A stretch of DNA of 64,000 bases from Callorhinchus milii. Its lineage: Eukaryota. Where the stretch lies: the NCBI RefSeq assembly GCF_018977255.1, contig NW_024704742.1, positions 85,066,001-85,130,000 of the forward strand, written 5' to 3'. The notes beneath the pieces are model-generated. The model had not been told where the DNA came from. It saw only the letters and a list, made by a program, of their open reading frames with translations, and did not search any database. The position numbers and the translations under genes were made by a program. Shown in pieces: positions 38,451 through 50,400 of the stretch (positions within the stretch are counted from its first letter, which is position 1; each line of letters starts with the position of its first letter).

Positions 38451-39774
38451 TTCTCCTCGTAACCCACCAGCCCTCTCATACTAAGCAGTGATTCCATAGG
38501 CGCAGGTTTTTTCTTCTTTCAGTCTTGTCTTGTTTGCACTTTAATAGTTTCTACAGCATGTGAGGGGTTAAATAATCCAGTAAGCTAAGTATGCAGTTAG
38601 AAATTTAAAGCCTTTTTAATAATAAAGGAAGGAAAATAAACATGAAGCTAAATGCCAGTTGGCGTCAGAGAAAACAATCCACTTATTCTCTCTCCCCCAC
38701 TCCCGTGCTTCACGATAAATACAGAGCTCAGTCAGATGAGATGGCTCTGCTTTTTATTGTGTCCGGGCCTTGTATTATCAGTAGTGCGTGCTTGTGGTAT
38801 GTGAACATAATGAAGGCTCTGCTTTTGTGATTTATTGTTTTAATCAGCACGACATGAACATTTCAGGGAGCAATCTTGGAGTCGTGACAGGCTGTAAATT
38901 TGATTTGAGAATGTGATGTAAATAGAAGATGGCTGGTGGTGAATTGGCGGTTTAAAAAAAAGTAAATCATAGACTCCTGTCAGGCCTCATAACCCACCAG
39001 AGCCCTCTCACACACGTCTTGGGAAACTCACATTTCGACCACATTCTTTCTCCATAAACCACTGATCTAAGTAGACTATTCCATTAGATTTTTTAAAAAT
39101 AGTAATAATCCATAAATAATAATAATTGCATTGATACAGCGGTTGATCACGTCTTCATGCCGTCTCATAGTGCTCCACAGAATATACTGTAAAGTGTAGT
39201 GACTATATTTTGTGAGTGAAAGCCAATAGCCAATTACGCACACAATTAATAATTGTTACTTAAATATGTTTAAAATATTGCGGACATTGGATTTGTCAAT
39301 TTTATGGCCGCTTCCACAAAGCTCTTATATCTCCACTTCTGCGGCCTCCAATCTGTGATGTAAATTTAATTAGAAGCTTTTAGATGTGATATTAGCCAAG
39401 AATTTTACCCTTTATACACAAGGGTAAAATTTGCAAGATTTCTAAACGCCTTCCTTTACCTAATTTATTTAAGGGATGAGTTTCAGAATACCAGTAGGGG
39501 CACCATTTACAGGTAAGTGGTTTGCTCTACTCAGGGTCGAATTTCTGCTGCATTCGTTTTGACCCTGAGGCAAGCAATAAATAAATATAAATAAGTAACA
39601 CTTGCATTTGATATAGCGCTTTCACCTTGAAAGGAAATCTCAAAGCACTTTATAATTTTTAGGCCTCATATCAGGGTCTGTTTCGTGTTTAGATTTGCTT
39701 TCCCAGAGTTTATTCATATAAGAGGTTCAAAATCCCTGTTCTTCTAAGCTTACAAAATGAACTTTAGCTTGATT

Positions 39775-40092
39775 CATTTTTTGGGTGTTAGCCAGGAATC
39801 TGATACATGCAGAAACCCATTACCATGTTTAAGAGTATCCAAACCAAACTGAGATTTCCATGCATCCCACCTACACATGGAGATTCCAGAGAGAGATTGT
39901 TGGAATGGAATAGGCACTCTCTCCCTGGAGGGACACGTCCTGCTTATCTAATTCCAGAAAGTATTAGGCTCATGTTGGCAACAGCCAAGGCTTAGGCACC
40001 CCAGAGTATACATTGGGTACTGACTGGCAAGTCTTGTCGCTGTTTATCCAGTTAGACTACCCTACCCATTAGGCCTTTGGCTTGTAGAGTTA
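39775..40092 (+). repeat. Unclassified dispersed repeat, copy 2
   Basis: Homologous to the reverse complement of 4075-4430. Confidence 0.8.
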
Positions 40093-40377
40093 GATCATCT
40101 GTCCGAGCCTTTAAGCCTAGTACTCCTGATCACCAAAAGTTAATTTTTGTGGGTTAGAATAGCGGGGTTTCATCCCTCCTCGACAAATAAACTGGGAAAG
40201 CAAAACTAAACGACAAAAATCATAGCTCAATGTAGTACTTGAAATTTAGAAAAAGGAATTACTCATGACAGGCTAGAATAAAATGGTGGTGGTCAGACCA
40301 CGACCACTTAAACCACTTATTTGCTGAGGGACACCACACCACCTGCTGATGTTCTTAAACTCATTCCTTAAATAAGC

Positions 40378-40803
40378 GTCAGCCTGGCTCAGTTGGTAGA
40401 ACGCTTGACTCTTTGAGTCAGAAGATTGTCGGTTCAAGCTCCACATCATGATTTTGAACTAATATACTCTAGAGTGATGATTCAATGCAATGTTGGGGGT
40501 TTGCTTTACTGTCGGAAGTGTCATGTTTTGTATGAGATGTTAAACCAAGGACCCGTCTTCCTCTTGAGATGGCTGTTAAAGATCACATGGCACTACTTAA
40601 AAAGAGAAGGGACTTTGTTTTCGTGCCCCCGGTCAACAATTCTCCAGATAAAATTGGTTATCGGCTTCATAGCTGTTTGTGGAAGATTGCTGTGCTCACA
40701 TTAACTGCCACATTTGTTTACAGAATACACAGCCACATCACAGTAAATCCTGCAATGACATCTCGACAAAGCAGTATATCAAGTGCAAAGATTATTATTA
40801 TTA
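40378..40803 (+). mobile_element. DeuSINE-like element with tRNA head
   Basis: Head tggctcagttggtag...gagtcagaagattgtcggttcaag. Deu-like core gagatgttaaaccaaggacccgtc...ttaaagatcacatggcacta. L2-like tail. Confidence 0.7.
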
Positions 40804-41583
40804 TAATTAGGAAATGTGTTTGGGAATCCTGCAGATTTTGTCCCATTGGCCGGTTTTTTTAAACCATCCTCCTGTAAACTTCTTCATCTTGGTGGGGATT
40901 TAAGTTAACTGATTTCACATTAAACATTCAGACTGATTAGAGCCACCCACCACTGGTGTTACTGAAATAAGACTCAATGAAGAAAAATATCCATTGAAGA
41001 AAAATTAAAACCACAAGTAATCTTTCTATTTGATGGAATTGAACTAGTTTACAGTGATATGGTCAACAACAACAAGTTGTATTTATATATTTATATGATG
41101 CCCTTCACCTGATAGCATTTCGGACGGTTTAACAGCGACGTGGTTGGACGCTAATCTGAAGGGTGAGGGGGGGAGTGTCCAAAGGCACGATTGAAGAGGA
41201 AAATCTTAAGGTGTCATCAGAAATCTAGTATCCAGCAGTTTGGTACTTGAGGCAGATATAAAGAAATCCCTGAGTGTCCCAGAACCAGTGTGTGCTTTCG
41301 GCCACGATGCCTCTGCTTTCTTGTCCCCCTTCCCAAAAGGGAAGCAAGATGTGAGTTTTTTTTTAAAAAAACCTACCCCTTCGACTATGCCTTCGGTCAC
41401 CTCCCTTTTACTTTTTCCCTCTCTCCTTACTTCAGACCCTGCTTAGGTTTCCGCACTTGTTAAACTGCCTGCCTTACCGTGCTTCAAATCGTCCACCTGT
41501 GCAAAAGATGCTGTATAAGTGCAAGAAGTTGTGGTGGTGTATTTTTATGATGGAATATCGTGAGACTGACTGAACTGTACAGT

Positions 41584-41760
41584 CAGGGGCGGACTGCCTG
41601 TAGGGGAAATCTGGAAATTTTCCGAGTGCCCCCATGAATGGTTCCCAGTGCTTAGCCATCCCGGGCAGCCAAGTTTTTTTTNAAAAGTGCGCATGTTTTA
41701 TGCTTTTTGGCAGCCCCACGAATCGGCGCCACGGATTGAGGCTGGATAGTTCTTCTGTAT
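41584..41760 (+). mobile_element. Possible hAT-type DNA transposon end fragment
   Basis: Begins CAGGGGCGGACTG, a hAT-like terminus. No matching opposite TIR was found. Confidence 0.3.
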
Positions 41761-43442
41761 GACTCAGTACCATTCCACTTTTACTCATTGAGATAGCTTG
41801 ACTGACCATTTGTAGCATGATCAATTACACTATTAACTTTCTCTCCAAATATATTTCTCTCCCTAAACAACGCCTTTCTCTTTCTTTCTCTCTCACTCTC
41901 TCTCTTTCGTTTTCTATGTCCCTCCCCTGATTTCTCCTTTCCACCTGTTGGTGTCATTGACTTCTTGTAGAGGGGATGGAAGTGGTAGGGTTGGGCAGAC
42001 AGAAGATGTGTAATGGTTCGAATAAAACTGTTCTGTCTCCTAATCGTTCCCATGTGGAATGTTCTGCTGTCACTGTGTGCTTCACATTGCAGATCACCTG
42101 CAAAACTAATAATCACCCCAATGGTGGTGCCACATCCATCTTTGACCAACCATCCGGATAGTCCTGTGGCTCCAGGCATGAAACCATCAGGCTAGGGCTG
42201 CTGCTAGGTCTAGGATTGCTTGTTCCATCCCTTGTAGTAGTTTTTTCAACACTTCTACTTAGAAAACGTTTATGTGCTCCCCATTGTCAAGTGCTTTGGG
42301 ACGCTATCCTGCATGTGGAACACTATATAAATGCAAGTTGTTGTTGTTGAAAAGGTTTATTGGCAAATAGATTGGTCACAAAGTCTTAGGTTGCCCAAGG
42401 TGCCAGCACCCTTCCAGAATAACAAGGGATAAGGAGTTCAGACACTCTCAAGGTATTGAGGCACACTTACTACATTGCAGAAATCCAGCCAAAAGTCACA
42501 TCATTCATTCTTCATGGTTTGTAGCTTTACAGTACCAGGGCTCCACACCAAGGCACTCTCCCACAAAACACAGTCACTACACTTTACAGTACACTTTCTA
42601 ACAGTAAAATCCCATGAAGCTCTTTGAGACGTCCTCCAGACGTAAAAGGCGCTGTACCAAACGTAAGGATATTATTATATCATCCAATTAAAGATGGTTG
42701 GACACCAACTGGCGCCTTTGGTGTTTATGCTTTTGACAATTGAGGTGAAAAGCAAAGCAAGATTGAGTTCTCCTTTGTAACTATGTGAAATTGTGTGTGT
42801 GTGTTTGTGTAACTGATATTTATCATTTATTGTTGGGCCCTGTACACACTTTATGCTCTGGTTGTTGAGCACAGTAAGGCTATATTATATGCCTTACTGT
42901 GCTCAACAACCAGAGTATAAAGTGCAGTCAAATGGTTGGTGGAACCCTTTATTCCAAATGAGCTCAATTCTAATTAGTTTTCTCTCAGAGTGGTATTTAC
43001 AGTCCAGCATCTTGTTTCAGAATTACAGGTTCTCCAGCGAGGTTATATATAAAAGATAACTTGGAAAAGTGCAGGAGTACATTTCTTTTGTACATTCATA
43101 TCTCATATGCTGTGTGCTATATGGCCACAGTATATAAAGCTGCCCTCCTTGCGGGACAGTGCTTTGGGTGCTGATTCTGCACTTGTTCTTGGATGCACTT
43201 GCTGCTTGCTACTTAATCTTCCTCACTAGTTTTCTCACTGAGAATGCAGCAGTGACTTGAGGATCTTATTTTTAATTGTTATTTTTTGTTTTAATCTTTT
43301 TACACCATGTGTGAAATTGAAGTTGGCTTTTGAAACCTGAGACAGGTATGTAATATCGTTTTCCAATGACCTTTGTGAAATTGAAATTTAGTTTTGAAAT
43401 GGTTTTATGTGTAGCTCCTATTTTCTTTCTCTTCTTTCTCAG

Positions 43443-44482
43443 ACAATGAAGAACGAGGGTCCGAAGGTCAACAGAACGAGAAAACCGTCCGAAGCACTTT
43501 GACCGCACTGCGTAACTTCCGTGAATTCCTCATTTCCAAATATCCACAGGAAAATCGGGAGATTCAAATAATCCCAGCCTCGGAGCTCGATGCCTACCTG
43601 GCTTCCTTCTTTGTGGACGCCAGGCAGAAGGACGGCTCTGAGTACGAGCCCAACAGCTTGGCCAACTATCAATGTGGACTTGAAAGGTACTTAAAGGAAC
43701 ATAAATATGGGTTTAGTATAACAAGGGATAAGGAGTTCAGACACTCTCAAGAAGCATTGAAGCAGAAACAGCTTGAACTGAGAGGCAAAGGCAAAGGAAA
43801 CAAGCCACACAAGTCCATGAAATTGACTTTTGCAGATGAGCTCATCCTGCGCAAAAGAGGGCTGCTGAGTCGATACAATCCCGAGGGGCTGCTGAACCTG
43901 GTCTGGTTAAATAACACGAAAGCCTTTGGGCATTGTGCTGGATTCCACAGCTCCACACTGAAATGGGGGGACATCAGGTTGCACGTAACCGAGACGGCCT
44001 TGGAGTACCTGGAATGGGGAATTCCTGACCTCAGCGACCTGCAGGGGAAATCCCGGAGAGCAGGGACAGAGTGCAGGATTTACGCCACACCACACTCTCC
44101 GCAGACATGTCCCGTGCAGGACTACAAGGAGTACGCTCAGAGACGCCCGCCGGCAATGCGTTATGAAGACGCACCTTTCTATTTGTCTATCAAGCCAGTC
44201 TGCAACCTGGCGGCACTTTACTGGTACAATAGCCAATCCCTCGGGAAAAATAAGCTCTCAAAGATGGTGAAAACCATGTGCGAAAAGGGGAATATTCCTG
44301 GTAGAAAGACCAACTTTAGTGTTTACCAGAGCTGCAGTTCCTTGTCCGAGGCACAAAGCAACCAGCTAGTGTTAATATGTAACAACTTGAGCCAGCAAGC
44401 TGCTCAGTCAATGTCTGGCCTGGCCAACACAGGAAACTTCATCATTTCTGGCTCTTTCGACTCTTCATCTGACACAGCCTGA
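43443..44482 (+). CDS. KIAA1958: KIAA1958 isoform-b-type terminal exon encoding a complete DUF3504 (Crypton tyrosine-recombinase-derived) domain
   Basis: Strong acceptor ttttctttctcttctttctcAG (AG at 43441-43442). A phase-1 join gives D-NEERGSEGQQNEKTVRSTLTALRNFREFL..., in frame with the 43499-44482 ORF. Motifs RQKDGSEYEPNSL, LKWGDI, CPVQDY, RRP, PFYL and LGKNKL are typical of DUF3504. The exon ends SSSDTA*. Spliced CDS 2187 nt, 728 aa. Confidence 0.93.
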
Positions 44483-47400
44483 CAGAAATGAGCTTCGGAA
44501 TTTTTTAAAATTATTTTGTTTTATTATTCCGTATGTTCCCTCACCTTTTATACAGTCTAATTATCCCTCAGTCACTCATAACTCGTTTTGAAATGCAGTC
44601 CTTCAGGAGGTTATTGACCTGAATTGTGTCTTGAGACAGAAGACCCATTAACGCTCCAGTGATTGAGTGTACAGCCTCAATGGTTGTACGACCCATTTTT
44701 GTTTAAGAAAACAAATCATGTATAGATTTCAGTTTAGTTTCCCCCATCCCTCAACTAAATCAAAATGCACCTTTTGAAATGTCATAATTTAGATATTTAT
44801 ATTAAAATGCCATTGCTAAATTTGTTTTTAAATAACCAAGAAATACCATATTTCCTCAGGCCACCTCAGCCAGACGTCCTTTATTATTGAATATGCACTA
44901 CAAAAAGAGAGGGGAAATGGTCTAATGCTGAACATGGAAATTATACAGTAGACCAGATTTGCAGTAAAATAGAGAAGTGACTGCACAGAGGGATAGCTTC
45001 CTCCTATCCTGACAGTCTCACAGTGGGTATATCGCTTTACTAAGGACTGGATTCACCAGTTAGCAATGAGTAAACCTGGGCTTGAACCTCTAGAATCTCC
45101 ATGGTGGCTGCCACATTGCAACTTATCCTATACCCTGTATAGGTCCTTCCACCATGCTGAAGTACCTTGAACCTACTGTCCAGTTAGTGACGACAGTAGG
45201 TTCAGCTGGTGCCTGTCCTCATTGCAGCGGGAGAGAAGTGGTGTCTCTTCGAGCTGAGTTGGCTCCACGGTGACATGCATAGCAATGGAGCATCAGAAAC
45301 TTCATTGGCAGTTTTTGGTATTCCGATAGCTGAGCTCGGCAGGTCCACAGTACTCCAGAGCTCTGTTGATGATTGACCTGCCAGCCTGGCTCATCAATGG
45401 GACTTGAAAGAGCAGACCAGCCAGTTGGTCCCTTGTAGTAGTTCTTGCTGGACAAGTAGCATTTGCAATGACAAATTAGCAGGTTACATTCCAGCAATAC
45501 AGTAAAACTCGCACAAGTTGTTTCTTTATAAATCATATAAACACCTAAGTCATACATATACTTGAGTCCCGTTCAGTTTCCCACCAAAAAACACTTGCAC
45601 TAGTCGTATTTTATAAGTCGGATAAACAGCTAAATCATAACGGTTTTGGGTCCCAAATAATCCTATGCAAATCATCTCCTAAATAATACAGCTGCTGTAT
45701 TTATTGGTTGCATTGAAGTCAGCATGCGCAGTGTTCTGTTTGAAACAAGTGCAGGAAATGAAGGCTTGACCCGTCACCTCATGCACACTTATCAGCTGCA
45801 GTGATGAAGTACTGCATGCGCAGTACAGTGCAGAAAACAAGGTCTTGAGCCGTCATCATTGCATCAGGCAATACAGGTACAGCAAGTTAGTGACAAGGAC
45901 CTTGTACTTGTTTACTGTATTTGTTATGTGTTAGTTGTCTAAAATCCAACTTGTACACAACTTTGATTAAGTTGTATTTGGTACAAATTATCAAGATTGC
46001 CTGTAACTCATACTTCGTGTGAGTCATATTATATGTTATGGTTCCGACTGGTGGGACTTATGCGAGTTTACCTGTATCCCAATACGCACTTTGTGGTCCC
46101 CATGTCTTTCCTGCTGCCAACCTGCATCTAAGCTCTCTGGGTGCAGGGTACATTTCTCTGGGGAGAGAAGGTGAACTTCGTACCAGACAGATGAAAAGCA
46201 CATGTAAGGGGAACTTTTAAGTATGGTTTGGAGACTCTTAAGCCTGATGATGGGTTTTTATGCAGGTGAGACACCCTGGCTGATAAAAAAACAAGCTCTG
46301 GTTTGAAAATAGGTGAAATAGGGAAAATAATTACTTTTTTTAAATTAACAAAACATGGGGCTGTGGGTCTTGGAGGTCCTGCAATCTCTTGTCACCGTAT
46401 TAATTGTTTTGTCCATCTTCTGTACTCAGTCTTTAATCACATTCTCCCCAGTGTTAGCGCTTTAGCACTGCCCTGTAACCTGTATATTTCTCTGCCTGCC
46501 TCCCTGTAGCTAATTGCATTTCCCCTTGTACTGCCCAGTGCTCCATCCAGGACACAAAATGATCCTTTTATCAATTGGTTCTGGGTACTTTGTTGAGCTC
46601 CCTACATTGAGAAGCGCCTGCTGTAAGATAAACTGCTATCCTACTCCATGCCATCACTTGGATTTCAATCAAGCGTTAACAGTGGATGGGGACATTTTTG
46701 TACAGCAGCTATGTAGTCATTTTTTCACTAAGATCTGCAGCTTTGTGGAGTCCAGTATTTGTAACCCAGTGAATATCACTTCCTGTAAAGCTGTCTGCCA
46801 GACTTAGCGGGTGCATGACAGATGTGCGCTGGCCCCACAAGAACTATATGGATTGCAGAAATATTTGGCAAAAATTGCAGGAAGTTTGACAAATTTTGAA
46901 AAAAATTGGGGAGAACTTTGACAAATTTTGCGGGAGTTGCGGAGGCTTGGTTGGTGTTATTGAGACACATTTTGTGAAGCAACCCGGATTAAAACTATAG
47001 GCGTATAGTTAATTAACTATAACTATGTTCAAATGTTAATTTGAATAGTACAGCACTTATCAAGAATTGGTTGCAAGAGCTCAGTTTAGGCCGGGCGTCG
47101 AGCAAACAGACAGTAGTAGTGTCCCACAGCTGCTATTTCTATTGAGATTCACTCACTAGCGGGCGAAGGCGATTTCCCGCTTCTGTGACTCCAATACTCT
47201 CCGTGCATGAGCGGCCGGTCCCGCTCCACCCACAGTAACAGTATCGAGCAATGGCCTGCAGAGGCCCAGGCTATGTGTGTACAGGTTTGTAGCGGAGGGG
47301 GGCGTTTGTAGCGGAGGAGGGCGTTTGTAACAGATTCCGTGGAAAAAATGCAGCCTCACTTTTCTATTGGCCCAACCCAGCAGTATAGTTGTACATTATG

Positions 47401-50400
47401 TCCTTCTAAATGTGTGCACATTTTTGAGCAAGAGGAAGAAGTACTGGGTGAAATGTGAGACCCTGCATTGAACGTAACCATTAGAAAGGAACAGGCACAG
47501 CATTGAAGTATATTGATTGAATTTCCTTTTTTTTCTGCATTGGTGCCAATACATTAAATTACCCACGCGATAACACGCCCTAACCGTCATGTTTCCAGTT
47601 TGCCCTGACAGACATGAGTGAGAAAAATTTCAGCTTTTCCAGTGATATTTGAAACAAAAATTGTTTTTCCCAATCTGTTGGTTAAAGCTTTCAGGAATCC
47701 AAGATCTATTTTTTAGGCAGTCCAAATCATCACGCTGTACGTGACGATTCCCATAGTTTTGACGGGAAGCCATTCATCTGGGTGGGTTATAGAACAAAGT
47801 AGAAATGTTAACCTGGTCGAACCTAATGGGTCATTGTCTTGTAAATCTAGGTGAATGCTCTTAAAATTTGCACCATGTGCTGTTGAGGCTGCTGTGGATA
47901 AAGAGGAAGAAATGCAATGTCCTGGTTAACTCATTGTATTGCCACTACTGTAAATGAGGTTTCTTTTTGCATTCCCTTCCTAGCAAAATCATTTCCCGAT
48001 GAAAACATTTTGCGCGTCAGTTTACACCTTTTGCGTGCACCTGAAACTTGCTGGTGAAACTTCTCTGTCAATTTGAATTTCTTTTTTGAACTCACAACTC
48101 CCCTCATCATACATTTCCTATTTGTTTTTGAAAACTCTTTATCATTTGAACTACTTGTATATGTTCCTCATTTGCCAGCACTGATATTTGTTAAAAAAAA
48201 TTCAGAAGAAATAAGCTAGTGATAATAAATGGCATTTATATAGTAACAAAAATTGCATTTATATAGCGCCTTTCACATCGGGAGGACATCCCAAGGCGCT
48301 GGCAGCAGTATGGGGTAGGGCAGTGGATGCCATTTTCACTTTTGATCAAGGAGCTGCAGCTCTGTGTAGTCCAGTTTTTGTAACCCAATGAATATCACAT
48401 GAAGTAGAATGCTGTGCAGGACACTGTGTTACTTCCTGTAAAGCTGTCTGCACTCGCTGTCTGTCTGTAAGTTTGTTTGTCTTTCTGTCTCTGTCTGTGT
48501 AGCTTAGTTCTTCATGAATGAATGATGCCCAGTTTGTCAGCTGATTAAAATGATAGATAAAATTCTTAGAAGAGGTTAATGAAATAATGTGCCTACAAGT
48601 GCATGAAATGAATGGTTGAGAAAGTTACTTTTTGCAAAAAAAAGTATTGATTGTTTGTTAGACTAAACCTTGAGCTTTTAGCATCCAAACACAATTATTG
48701 CTTTTTAACAATATGCAAAGATCATTGGTTAGGAGACTGTTAGCTACCGCTTTTTATTCAAAAGCTAATACATTATGTACAAATGAGTGAGTTCAGACCT
48801 GCTGTAACATTTCTGCACCAATGTTAATTGTTCCATGAATACTATGAACTATGAAATCTGTGCATATCTCTTACTGTACTTCGTAATGCTTCTCATTATA
48901 AGCATACAGTAAATGAATGTGTCCACTTTTTTAATACAAAAGAACAGAGATGTGTGTGCACGTGCGTCTGTTTTGAAAGTTGAAAGGTCTTTCAGTGCTC
49001 GAAGGGTTAAAAACAAAACAAACCAGTTTTGGTTTGAGTTTAGAGGTCAGCTTCTGTGGCTCTAGTTTTTAACCCCAGTTTGAAATTCTTTAGGATACTG
49101 TGAAGCTCATTAATCACTGCCTGAAGTGTAGTAGATGACTATCATGAAAATTACTATTCTATGTAATTTTGTTGTCTCACTTTTATTAAAGTATATTAAA
49201 AACAATCTAGTGTTTAGGTGAAGCCTAATTAAACTGGCCTTTATAGACTGTGTTTTCTTTGCAAAAATCTTTTATATGTTGAACAACCCCTCCCCAGCGA
49301 CACACTTTTTTGAGAATGTAGCACTTATTTTACCTACACACCACCACCACAAGTAGAAATGTTCCGGTTATGTGATTTTTGCTGAATAAACAACCAGCTT
49401 GGTGAGCCACATGCAATGTCTGTCTGGCTGCTCAATGTTACTTGTTTAAAATGCCTTATTGGCAGAAGATGCAAATTTCTTGGGCTTTGGGTACTTACAA
49501 GACAAGAATCTGAGGTTACTAGGTTTAGTTAAATTCCAGTTGACCAAAACTGGAAACGTTAGTTTATGAAAAGGTTCAGTTAGGTAGTGTCACCCAAATT
49601 GACTTTTAATCAATTTTAATCTCTTCTTCTGTGCCCCCCACCACAAATATAAAGTATCTTTATCAGTGCCTGTTCATTTAACATTACTGATTGTAACCAG
49701 CTCGAGACAGATCCATACAGTAAGTAGGTCCTGTCTCCTTACAGACAGCCACAGCAAAGCTCCCACTTCCTTGCAAAGTCTCTGGGGCCTAGAACCTTGA
49801 GGGGCCTTTCTGTTTTGCTGCTGAAGTTGTGCAACATTTAACTAAAGCACGGAAAGCCGTACCCTACCTTATTCTGTTTTCAGTATCAGCTTGGGCTATT
49901 ACTACCCTGTTAATATTAGGCTGCTTTTGTAGGAAGATTAGATTTGACTTTCCTTAGCTAAAAAGAGTTGAACTACAATATCCATGAACGATTTTGTTCA
50001 TGATCTCCATTTTGCCAAGTGTACTGTGATTGATTTTTGTTTCCCAACCTGAGTATACATTTAATTATTATGTTATGCAGCAAATCTAACACATGTACAT
50101 TCTGCAATCTGAGCAATCATTTCACAAGGTACCTTATTGAAACATGAAACATCTTGCGCCCAGGGTGGCTGAATACTTAATTAGCAAAGCATATATATAT
50201 ATATCTATATTTTGTTTTTTGACACTGACCACTGACATCTGATTTTTTTCCGAATGAAGAATATTTGTAAGAAAGAAACACAAATTTCTAACTCCTAAAT
50301 TCTAAACAGTATTTTGTCAAAATAAAAATGTTGCTGTCATGCCAAAAAACATGCAAAACTCTATGCATTTTGTAATCAAGTGGTATTGTTACAGTGCAGA

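Noticed and set aside
43499..44482. Stand-alone 327-aa gene or active Crypton transposon
   Set aside because: The track start is TTG. The frame extends back to a strong splice acceptor at 43442, catalytic residues are missing, and no element termini are visible.
46244..46283. C/D-box snoRNA (TGATGA...CTGA)
   Set aside because: Only about 40 nt long with no terminal stem.
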